DNA of 29,768 nucleotides from Perkinsus olseni (Eukaryota): NCBI GenBank assembly GCA_013115125.1, contig JABANN010000056.1, positions 62,001 to 91,768 of the forward strand, read 5' to 3'. Shown piece by piece: positions 11,460 to 22,217 of this stretch (position 1 is its first letter; each line of letters starts with the position of its first letter). The notes under the pieces were generated by a model. It saw only the letters and a program-made list of their open reading frames with translations, ran no database searches and was not told where the DNA came from. The position numbers and the translations under genes were made by a program.

Positions 11460-12267
11460 ATGAAGACACCGTATGACGTGGCGCTTGCCACGCTATCCCT
11501 CTGGGCCTCGTTACCGGCTGCCTCAGCTGTCCGTGCATCTGCAGCCGACAGTGGCAGTCTGAAAGTAAAACGCTGAAGGCCTTTGTATCGCCTTCGTGAG
11601 CTCTCCTTGTTAGGCCAAGTACAACATAACGAAGATGACACACGGGAACTCCTGCATAGCTGTCGGACCGCAGTTCGCGTGGCAGTTCGAGCTTCTCAAG
11701 GGAACTCTGAGAACGCTTTCCTTACATTGCCCAGATTCCGAGTTCCATATGTAAGGTCGAAGGTCGAGGCCTTCGCTGTCGGACTTGTCTTTTTGCCAGG
11801 GTGACCGATCCCCCAGGGTATGCTCAAGGAGATTCCGACTTGGATATGTAGGCCAGAATGTCGAGGATATTTCTGTGAAGCCTTGTTCGCTTCCTGCCAG
11901 AGTGACCGATCCCCGCGAGTATGTTCAAAAGGCTGCGAGCATCGAGAGACTGGGCATCGAATACGAAACTACTGACTTTTACAATGGAAGCACAGTCCGC
12001 GATCCACTGTACGAAAAGCAGATCTCCTTCCCACAAATACTCACGGACGAAGACTGCCTCTCTGCGGCGAGAATGATTCACAGCAGATTTCAGAGTGATT
12101 CAGAAAGTCTCGAAACTTATGGCGCTCCTTCTTCTACGATATCGCCCAGTACGACATGGCTGTTGAGGAACTCCAAGTTAAGACTGTGTAAGGCGTACAA
12201 AGGCCTCGTTGAGCGGTACAGGCTCGCAGCCGTCACTTTCCCGGTGCTCGACCAGGGAACCGGATGA
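11460..12267 (+). CDS. Secreted 4-Cys family protein, subfamily B copy 2 (218 aa with mini-exon; exons 11460-11564, 11614-11750, 11800-11847, 11901-12267)
   Basis: Signal peptide MKTPYDVALATLSLWASLPAASA. Exon 2 (137 bp) and last exon (367 bp) are the same lengths as in copy B1. Motifs AKYNITKMTHGNSCIAVGPQFAWQF...LHCPDSEFH and RDPLYEKQI...DCLSAARMI...RLCKAYKGLVERY. Confidence 0.85.
11734..11930 (+). repeat. Diverged ~97-100 bp tandem duplication spanning exon end, intron and exon start
   Basis: Unit 1: gattccgagttccatat|gtaagg...gccag|ggtgaccgatcccccagggtatgctcaa. Unit 2: gattccgacttggatat|gtagg...gccag|agtgaccgatccccgcgagtatgttcaa. Confidence 0.85.
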
Positions 12268-12552
12268 CGGCAGCCTCCTCAACTTCGCGAGTAGCGTTGA
12301 AGTCTCAGCTCATGCGCTGCGATCCACTGACTCTTTTTCTTCGTTTATAAGTTGTTTGCATCATGTGGCATCGACGTTCAAGGTGTTCGCGCATGTTCCC
12401 TGTTGAGTTGCTCTTTGGGACAGGAATGGGAATATCATTGACCATCGGTTGCTGTCGATTTGGGATCCCTTGTTCTCTGTATTGAATCGGAAGTAACTCT
12501 CGCGACAGTGATGGAAACAGCCTCTCGTTACTAGGCAATCTCTCGTTCTCTA

Positions 12553-13407
12553 ATGACCCTAGGCCAGTTGCTGCTCGTAGGGCTATCCCTCTTCCATACC
12601 CCACGGGCGTTGACCTCCATTCGTTGGCGGAACAGAGGCACGGGGGTCAGCAAAGGTGATGGTAGCCGTACATCGACGAAGAGCGTGCGTGGGAATTCGT
12701 GGAGGAGACGGGAGAGCAGCAGCAGCAGCAGCACGGAATCGGCAGACAGCTAAGACGGCGCCCTCATGTCGACGGAAGGCTCCGCTCCGAGCCAGGTAAC
12801 CGTCGATTTCCCTGACAACAGACCGGCCATGATCAGTCTTCACTGCCCGTGCGTGAATCACTCTACGAGCGCATATAGTACTCTCGTCAGGGCCCCTTCA
12901 AAGCAAGGATGCTGGACAACCAACAATGCCGCATGTTTGAGGCGGGCTTCCACTGGCTCTACCACATAACTGACAACTCCGTGTACACCACTTCTCTAAG
13001 TTGTACGGATGAACATCAACGCGACTTTCATTTCCAGTTGTAAGCGGCGGTATCTTTCCCTTCCTCCCTGCGGTTCCACCAGTAGTGACGTTGGGGAACT
13101 TTCCTGGCTCGTAATCAGTTTACGTTCTTTTTCAGCAACGAAGAGCATGCTTTGAAGATCGCGATGGCCGATGACGATCACTGTTGCCAACTCGGATCTC
13201 AAGGATCTTTTGCTTTCGAGAAGAGTTTTTGCAACTCGGCCACTCTCGGATGATGATTGCTGGACAGCGGCTGAAAATGTTTATGACGTGATTGATGGCT
13301 CGGCGGACTCAGGGTTGACTCAAAGCAGCGCTGCCGAGTTCACGACTCGTCTTTGTTCCAAGTATCGTGAGGAAATATTCGGAGACTACGGAGCGGAGGA
13401 AAGCTGA
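12553..13407 (+). pseudogene. Secreted 4-Cys family, subfamily A copy 2, disrupted (exons 12553-12795, 12891-13039, 13136-13407)
   Basis: Homologous to copies A1 and A3 with the same 149-bp exon 2. It has an in-frame TAA at 12751-12753 in exon 1 and a 2-nt deletion near 13179 relative to A3 (GAT C ACT vs GAT CGC TCC) that shifts exon 3 out of frame. Confidence 0.8.
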
Positions 13408-14694
13408 TATCACTTCCTTCTCTTCTGTGACTGTGTAGGGTGAGCTTGCAGCGATCGAAGTTGCACTCGCTATCCCTTCATCATGTTCCACTCATTGCTG
13501 TTGGTGTCCATGTCGTATGTTCTTGTTATGTTAGAGCTGTTAATATTGTTGCTCAGAAAGAACATTGGGCGGCAATTCCGGTCCTCTTATACGAGGTATC
13601 CACGCGATCCTAGACGGCGTATCCAAGCTCGTGACCCTCATCAAAACGCCCCTGATTTCGACTGTCGCTCCTATCAGAATAACATCACATAGCCTACGAT
13701 TCGTTTGAGCATGGCTCGTAGTTGGACAGAACGGCGTACACGAGCTGGGCCTGGGAGCTCTTGTGACAGCCTCAACACGAGAGCGGGTCGAACTACGCGA
13801 AGTGTGAGTTCCGAAGGCCTGTTGTTTGCCGAGATGGTCTTCTGGGGTTAAGTCCACTCAATTGTTGTGGAGGGTCCAGTACGATGCCATCTCAGTTAGC
13901 TGGTATGATACCAGACAGATGTTGGTATGAGCACCTCTAAAGCTCTGCCTACCGAAGCGTTTATTCGTTCTGGAGGTTCGAGTTCAAGGTCGGGACGCTT
14001 TTCACGTCGTCTGGCAGCGTGCTCACTGGAGTCCGATTAGGAGATGGCATGCGTTGCCAGAGACGAGGCAAGATGCCGAGCTACTCAGTGCTCTGCATCT
14101 AGCTCCGGGTTGAACCGAGACTCGTCTCTAGAACACGAGTCACACGGTTGTGGCGACAGTACTGATCAGTGATTATTGGTCACAGACAGAAAGCTTCGAA
14201 GTATCAGAAGCATCGTGAAGTGAGCTATCGAACTATCTTGGGGTGTGAGGGCGCACCCCGAGACCATCAACGAATCGGTCGGAATGGTCCCTCACCAGGA
14301 ACCAAGGCGGTGGCCCCTCTTATCATCATTTTCAAGTTCGTCGTGAAAACACGACATTATGTCCTCTCGTTGCAGGCTTGGAACGTCGTATAGTACTCGC
14401 CTTTGAACGCCCATTTTCCATAGGCATACCTCACGTGCGTGAGCAGCATTGGAATTCCTACGCTCGAGGAGTCATGGTCTAACTTCAGGCACTTTCAGGC
14501 AGACCCGATAGCGTTCGGTTCCGCCACGAGGAGCCGATGCGCGGCAGCTTCCACTCTTTCAGACATATAACTGTAGGTTCGTCACCCAGTATGTGCCATA
14601 CTAGGTCACACTGTACGACGCTCTAGCGATGATGATTGTGGCCAGGCCATCACTCGTTGTAGTTCGTTTACACAACGAAATCTCTCGTTCTCCA

Positions 14695-15466
14695 ATGGTC
14701 CTAGGCCGGTTACTCGTCGTCTGGTTATCCATCTTCTACACTCCAGTGGCCTTGACCTCCGCTCGGAAACGTGAGTGGCGCATGCCAACAGAAGGCTCGG
14801 GCTTGAGGAAGGTAGCGCATTTGTCGCTCTCGATCGCACCTAGGCTGCCATTATAGGCTTCAACTACTGCGTCATGTTTCGCATACGAAGTTCGCATACT
14901 CGTCCCTTGTCAGGGCTCCTTGACGGTGAGCAAGCTGGAAGACCAGAAATGCCGCATCTCCCAAGCGGACTTCCACTGGCTCTACTACATAGCGGATAAC
15001 CACGTCTACACCAATGCTCTAAGTTGTACCGATGAGAACCATCGCGACTTTCACTTCGAGTTGTAAGCGGCGGTATCTGCTGATCGTCATTTAACTGTTG
15101 GGCTTGCTCAACTGTCTTCTCAACACCTCCATAAGTGGAGCCCAAATCAACCGCTTCATTTTTTTCAGCAACGCCGATCATAGATTGATAATTGCGAGGG
15201 CCGACGACGATCGCTCCATCGAAGATTCGCGCCTTAAGGATCCACTGTTCCCCACTAGAGTTTATGCTAATCCGCCACGCTCCGATTATGGCTGCTGGAG
15301 CGCCGCTGAGAATGTTTATGACGACGTTGTTGAGTCGGAGGGCGTGGACACTGGTATTTACTTCACAACCCGTCTCTGTTCCATATACCGCCGAGAAATA
15401 TTCAAAGAGAAGTCAACTCGTAAGAGGGACTCCTTCGTATATCCCCTTTTCCCTTCGATTGTGTAG
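14695..15466 (+). CDS. Secreted 4-Cys family protein, subfamily A copy 3 (187 aa; exons 14695-14811, 14914-15062, 15169-15466)
   Basis: Signal peptide MVLGRLLVVWLSIFYTPVALTS. Exon 2 ...QKCRISQADFHWLYYIADNHVYTNALSCTDENHRDFHF; exon 3 ...KDPLF...GCWSAAENVY...TRLCSIYRREIF. Intact frame. Confidence 0.85.
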
Positions 15467-16231
15467 TGTCGATTTGCTGGGATAACCCCGCACTCACTAT
15501 CCCTGTTGTTCATGGTGTATCCTCCACATAATGCTAGTGTTATTAGTATGAGTACTAAGACTGCCAGTCTTATACTGGACACTCGGTCTTCAATACGGGT
15601 CCCAGAAAGTGAGATATCTCAGAACTCGAGCTGAGCATCCGAGCCTGCGGCCTTTGTCGGAATTATGCCCGTGATCACGTTTTTACTCCTCTGTTAGAAG
15701 ATGACGGAAGTTGTGGTCGATTTCATCAGTTTTTTGGCCACCGCCGCGTCTAATTTCAGCGTATGTGAGTTTTAAGTCCAACCCCGAAAACCGGCTCAGT
15801 CAGACTAGCACTGATTTGAGTAGTAATGAACTGTGAGCTCCTCCCTGCTGCGCGTAGCATGGGACCATAACGATCGGCATGGATGTTGCTTCAAGGTCAC
15901 GAAGCCCTCATTCACATGGCCGTTCGATTTACTCAGAGTCGATTTCATACAGCATGTGCCTCTTACATCTAGCAGTTGCCCACATAATGTGGAGGATTTA
16001 TCCTCACTGAGAGCCTCGGATCGAAGTCTTGTAGCAGCATTCCCGTTGTCGATCGTCCTGCACCGACATCACACTCTACTGAAGAAAAGCATCCAAGGGA
16101 AGAACCCCGCCGGGGTGATCAGAGTCACAGTAGAGGACTCGTATGATTATTGTATGTATCACTTCAATTTCTTCCTGCTTTTGCTGCTCCGGAGCGCCCA
16201 CGCAACACTCATCATCACAGGCAGGAATGCA

Positions 16232-19200
16232 CTACACTATCGATGCAACGAGAACAGCAAGGAAGCACAAACCGCGGGACAAGTCGTGAATATGCCTGGA
16301 TGCTCCCTGGGGACTTTCTGCGGCCAGCCTTTCCTCCAGCAGTCCTTCAGCAAAAGATTCACGTTGGTAAGATTGAATATTCCCTGCGAGCTCATCGTCC
16401 ACGCATGCCTGAGGGAACACCTAGCTCTCTTGACTTCGTTCAAGAGACGCTACTTCCCCTGCTAGCTTGAGTCGGATACTCTGCAACTCAACGGCAGTGA
16501 CCGCTGGTGATCGGCACTCGGAGTGTTCTCTAGTCGTTGGTCCGAGCAAGGAGTACGCGACTGGGTAATCCGGCCTGCGGGAAGAGACGATGAAGAAAAG
16601 GAAGGGCTTGAGTTGATCTCAGCTCAGTGATCGAAGCAGAAAATGCGGACTCCAATAACTGATAGGTTCGTTCTTACATGCTCCTAATGTCGTGCCCGAA
16701 AGAAGTTGCCAGAGCAGCGGAGGCGTCTGTGCAGAGGACACCCAGGAGGGGAGTAGGGTATCCTAGACCGTCTGCGACTGCAGTGCATGCACGATGACGT
16801 TGGCGCCCAGTATAGGGAGACGTTGTGGGAGGCTCCCAAACCACAGGATATCTGCGTTAAAACTATTGGCCGGGTGTGAGATTCATGCAGCTCCTTCGGG
16901 TTCATCCTCGGTCAAAACTCTTCGGCGGACGAGCCAGAATTGAGATACTCACATGAGCTCGTTACCTCCCTTCGGATGGGTTGGGCATAGCAAATGTATA
17001 GAGAGAGATATACGCCTCGAGAAGGGACCCCCAAGCTCTCTTCGGCTCCGAAATTACCTGCCAATCCTCGCTGCAGCAGGAGGGACGAAAACAAGGCCCG
17101 ACCTGATGCACACCACCGAAGGTGCATGCGATGGGCTTGAGAAGGCGCGACACATGCTGCTCGTAGCGGTTATGCCCTGTGGTTGAGTTATAGTAGCGCT
17201 TGGACGTGTCCTATGAGATAGGAATTGACCGCGAGGGACTGGGCCATAACTACGGATGGGTTCTCCAGGTGGAAGCTGCCATGCACGACCGCGGTGAATA
17301 TGCGGGTAGACGGGGACAGGGCTTGCTGTAGCCACGCCATCACGGCGACCTCCTGAGGTCCACTTATAGTATTATGAGAAGGAGTGGAACACGCGCCACA
17401 CTGGTAGGTAAAGCTCTCACCTCGTCGTGGGTTTCGGGAGCCGTCGGATAGGAGCTCGTTATTGAGAATATTACAGAGGGACAGTCGCTGTCCAAGGAAG
17501 CGGCCACCTCTGCAGCGAGCATGAACGCTGCCGTCAAGTTATAACCACCATTGGGGACCTCGGAGGCGCAGGTCTCGTGCTACGGGGAGATGCAACGAGA
17601 GCAACCCTACTGATGACTTTAGTCTCGAGAGCAGGAATTCCCTGTCACTCGCCGTCGCTTGTTGTTGGATAAGTTCCGCTTCGTCGCGCGCTACTATGAT
17701 GTTCACGATGTAATAAGAAGGCAGAGAGCGTATCAACACCTGATGCCCGGTCACGGACCTCACGTCGCTGGCAATAGGGGCCCACCTCAGCTTCAGCGAG
17801 GACGTCGCTGCGACGCGTCTCGCTACCAATAGAAGTAGAGCTCGATGAATCCACTATGATGATCACCAGCCTGGGATAGCTCCCCTGAAAAGGCTAGTCG
17901 CTATTGGAGCCTCCACGGGCAGCGCTCACCCGATGGATGGTCGCTAGAAGGGCGGCTAGGTATCCGGGAGACTGCCTCGGGTCTCTGGCTCCACTCGACT
18001 GGCACCCACCGGCGGTCTGTATCAACAATACCATCGAAGGGCACGCCATCCCTCAGGGAAGGAAGTGACGGGACGGCCGGAAAGAGGATACCTCGGGGTT
18101 ACTCTAGGCCATACTGCTTCCACTCCCGAGGTAGCATGCACGAAGGACACCTCGCTGTGTGACGACTTGGCGATGTCGTGCCCGTCGAAGGACGTCAGAC
18201 GCTGCATGAGGGGCGCTATGGAGCTTGCTAAGCATATCCCTGCGGATGGGGCCCTGTACGGCGGTACACTGAATCCGCCAAGACCTCGGATAATCTCTTC
18301 TGCCTCTGAACCCTGAGTGTGGCTGAGGTCCACGCCAACACTGCGAGGATCGACTCGACCTGGCCAACCTTCTAGCGGTAAGGCCGCACTATCTTCGATC
18401 GTCGTGCCTGAGGATTATCATGGACACAAACAAAGCAGAGCGCACGATGGTCTACAGGAGTCTGCAAGGTGGGCTTGAGATGACAAATACGTATCAGGCG
18501 ACAGCTGCGGGAGTTCGCTGAGACTGGATCGGCTGCACTGAATGAAACGGCGTGAGCAGGCTGAGGGTCAGCCATGTAGGCCTGCGGGAGTGAGCTCTCA
18601 CGTGAGCTTCGCCTTGGTCACCAGTTACAGCTTGCAAAATCGAGGCACCCAGGTCGCGCAGGAGGCTCTCGGCTTTGAGAACTCGCAAGGCCGCACTATG
18701 ACGATCACTGAAGGGAAGGACGTTACCAACAGGCAACGCAGCACGCGTTATGTTTTTAGTAAGCTCAATATGAGTACTCACTCCTGGCGGGAGTCTTGCG
18801 GTAGAGGATTCAGACTTAACACTCGAAATCTGACGCAAAGACCATGTCGCAATAGTGAATCGGCAGCTTATGACTACTCCTGGCTTGCCGCGCGCTTGTA
18901 CCGGATCGAGTCCTCGACAGGCAGTGCCTTGTTCGCTTTGAGGGCCTATGGTTTGAGGATGATGACGGCGTAGCGGAAATAGAAGGCGGCTCAGCAACCG
19001 TTCCTCGATCCGTAGCTCAGCACTCATGCGAGGAGGGCAAGGAGCGGTACCGAGAAATAACGATGTAGCGCTCGACACGTCATCGGATGGTAGCGGCGCG
19101 AACAGGCAGCTCACATCTTCAACCAGCACTAGCTGTTGTGCTAGGGAGTCTAAAGGCTCATATGTAGGCGGAGCGATGCACGATATCGAGGCACTTCTCA

Positions 19201-20367
19201 GGAACTGAGAGGGAAAGACAGCACAGTATAGCCAGTCAAAGGTACCGGCAAGGACGGTGACGCTCCGCAGCCTCTGCCACTGGGCTCTACGAGGACCCAG
19301 TGGATTCGATCACCCATCTGCTGGGTGGTCGACTGGAGTACGAGGGAGTGCAGGCCAGCAATGTGACCACAGTATAACACTGTTGTGGGCTCTTGTGCCT
19401 CGGACTGCAGATCCCCCGCCCCTAGTCGGGACCCAAGACCTTGCATGTCCAGATACACCTGTTCTCACAGAAAATTTGATAGACTGAGCTAGTACGCTGC
19501 ATGCGTACTGGTCGCTGCTTTCTGGGGTTCTGATCCATAATCTCTTGCAGCAAATGATGAGCACACGTTTGTGTGGTGTTATCGTCGTGAGGAGTGTAGC
19601 CTGCGATGACGATTACTCTCGTCGTGTCAGTCGTCATCGCTCTGATGGCTGCTCGAAGATATGCCTCTACAGAAGGCAAATTGCCTTATTAAGCAGCTGT
19701 GCTCACCCATGTCGAAGGAAGGCCTCGGAGCGCAGAGCGTATTTTTTCCGCGGTTCTCACAAGGCTTGTCGATGAAACCGGGGTCTAGAATGATTCCCTG
19801 AGCGAAAAAGGTCGATGGCCAACGCGAGCTGATAATCAGCATTGACGTTCGAATCTCAAAACTGTCCGTTGCCTTGAAGAGAGAAGGAAGGACTTCGCTA
19901 ACTTGAGCAACCCCAATGCGAGGTACTGCTGGTATCCACATAGACCCACTTGTGTGCCATGTGTTTCCATCCCCTCCGATCCGATAACGTGAATAGTGCC
20001 GCCGTCTACAGGCCCCGCTGTGCTTGTTAGTCTAGCCGTGAGGTCTACGTCAGTGGCGTTGATGCCCCGTGTATCAATGTGACTGGGTACCACTCGGAAG
20101 GGGAATGCAGGATCCATGTTCACCTAGCAGTGCAGTTATTCACCCGGGTAAACCCAGAGAGGCCTGACTGATGAGGGGTACCTTGAGGGACCACCGGGCT
20201 ACGATGTCGAGGGCTGCTACACTGTAGTAGTAGCTGTCAATCCCCGTTAGCGGGGCGATGAATGTTATATCGATGGTTGGCAGCCCTGGCCGCAGAGGTA
20301 TCGTAATCGCTACGCGTGGTAAGGCAACGAGATAGTAATATAGCCAGTATAGAGATGGCTTGAACAT
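16232..20367 (-). CDS. Secreted/surface protein: type-1 periplasmic-binding-like N-terminal domain plus alpha2delta/CACHD1-like Cache-VWA-Cache module; many exons
   Basis: Signal-like N-terminus, then ITFIAPLTGIDSYY..AALDIVARWSLKVNMDPAFPFRVVPSHIDT (PBP1/ANF-receptor-like start). Later exons in order: ICLASSIAPLMQRL, VSFVHATSGVEAVWP, RDPRQSPGYLAA, PRLVIIIVDSSSS, GGYNLTAAFMLAAE, CPSVIFSITSSYP, TRIFTAVVHG, LKPIACTFGG, VVWEPPTTSPYTG...LLGVLCTD. Tentative hydrophobic C-terminus GLCFLAVLVASIV* at 16232. Confidence 0.7.
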
Positions 20368-20417
20368 GGTATGTCTGACTGTCCACTGAACTGCCAGAAC
20401 GAATCATATACACTATC

Positions 20418-20473
20418 AAACACGAGGAATTCTCGCTTCGCAGTGTGCCATCACATGTGGATTATTAAACGGC
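20418..20473. repeat. ~55 bp dispersed repeat, copy 1 (copy 2 at 22066-22120)
   Basis: aaacacgaggaattctcgcttcgcagtgtgccatcacatgtggattattaaacggc vs aaacaaaaggcattctcgctttgcagtgtgcaccacacatagattaataatcggc. Confidence 0.75.
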
Positions 20474-21059
20474 TCGCCGTCGACTCGACAGCCAGTTACA
20501 AATCAACGGGAAAAGACTGTCGGCAGTCGGGTCTCCCATTGGGTTCCATTCTGAGACTGGTAACTGCTCGTTCATTATCAGCACTTTTTATTCCATACTC
20601 GGCCGGGGAGTTCACTAGCCGCGGACGCAACCCGCACTTTGGAGGGCGGTCTTGAGCGGCCCGTGTTCTTCTTTAGGGCAGCTACCAAAGAATAAGGAGC
20701 TACGATTGACTCTGAATCTGATCACAGTATAATACTGTCAGTATCTCCTAGTGGGTCGAGCATTCCCTGGGGGAGTTTCTATCTCACATAGAACTCAACG
20801 TAATAGAGATTGCTGACCGACGGGCACGAGCGACCATGGCACAACTGTCTGAACCACTCATACCACAATTTGGAAGACACATCGTAGCTACGAAGCGCAA
20901 TGCGCATTCACCAGTAAAAGAGAATATAAAGTCCCACACCGTTCAGAGACGTTGGATGAGAAAGCTCAAGCAGGCGAAATTGTCAAACGCGGCGGAGGTA
21001 TCATAGTCGGCCATCATACCAGGGACGATATCCTGACACGGAGATGTAATCGACCAGTC

Positions 21060-21950
21060 CTTTGAACTACTTACTCGAGCCGCTTGGGAGACTCCGCATC
21101 TTCGCGAGTGATCTCGGAGGGGGAACTCTTGAACTTCGCGGGTTGCCTCCGGCTGAACTCCAGCTACTTGGACTCGACGGCGGTGATGGAGAACCCGGGC
21201 ACTTGCAAAAACATGAAATCAGAGCTCTTCTCTTAACCTGCAGCGAGCCTGAGTCTCCGTTGGAAGGCGATTGGAGCTTGGAAGCGCGGCATCCCTCCTC
21301 GGAACGGTGCTCCTAAGTAGCTTCGTTTCAGCTAGACTCCAGCTTACCCTTCGTTCGTCTCTACGGCATTCCTCCGAGCCCTTGCTAGTAATTTGCAGCA
21401 TAGCATGCATTTTTTTCAGCTCTTCAGTAGATTTCTCTATCTCCAGCACGCGTTGAGAGACCTTCTGCAGAGTCTTTTGAACCTCGTTCAAGATGATGTC
21501 GTGATCCTGGCCACACTGACAATACATACATCAGCTACTGATACCCTTACTGTGAGCCCTAATGGACACTACGTCACTATTGGATGAACTAGGAAAGTAC
21601 TGTAGAACATAAAACACTGCCTGTGCCCCACACGACACAGCACCCTCCGCTGCCCTAAGACCTACTCCTCGGACGCCCTCCGTGATGTTCCCGACCGAAG
21701 AATCTGACACTTCTGACCACGTGTCTGAGTCAACGTCTTTTCGCATACACATCTGAAGCATTGCAAAGAAGGAGAGCAATTCTAAAGCATGTATGCAAAG
21801 GCGGGACGAGCTTGAGTTTGCCTCCTCTCTTGTCGGGCGATGAGCAGAAGATGAAGCTTGTACGGCTAAACAGGTTATACCGTTGAAGATTCAACTCTGG
21901 AACCTCATTCAACCTCGGCAAAGTCCCGAGCTGACGATTCACCAGATCTT
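21060..21950 (-). CDS. Hypothetical multi-exon protein with a coiled-coil segment
   Basis: GT-AG-bounded exons including MCMRKDVDSDTWSEVSDSS..., CGQDHDIILNEVQKTLQKVSQRVLEIEKSTEELKKMHAML (heptad pattern) and a Ser/Pro-rich tail. Start and end not resolved. Confidence 0.45.
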
Positions 21951-22065
21951 TGTCAAATGCACTTCCGGAACCAAATTCTTCGCGATGTGATCAGTCCGAC
22001 CTCGGGATTTATCGCTCAACCAGAAGCACGTCCTCAGCGGCCCAGACCGTAAAACTCCGTCCGAT

Positions 22066-22120
22066 AAACAAAAGGCATTCTCGCTTTGCAGTGTGCACCA
22101 CACATAGATTAATAATCGGC
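22066..22120. repeat. ~55 bp dispersed repeat, copy 2
   Basis: Similar to 20418-20473 and in the same orientation. Confidence 0.75.
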
Positions 22121-22217
22121 AACCGGCGTAGCACTCACGACTGAGTGAACTACACGATGCCACTATAAAAGACTCAGATTAGCACTAACTCATCAGAGCA
22201 TATCAATTTTAACAACT

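Noticed and set aside
13888-13921. Inverted repeat ctggtat-g-ataccag flanked by catct/agatg
   Set aside because: Short isolated hairpin compatible with chance; no TIR/TSD context.
15833-16465. 210-aa plus-strand ORF
   Set aside because: Non-ATG start, no recognisable motifs, and it overlaps the 3' end of the minus-strand VWA/Cache gene.
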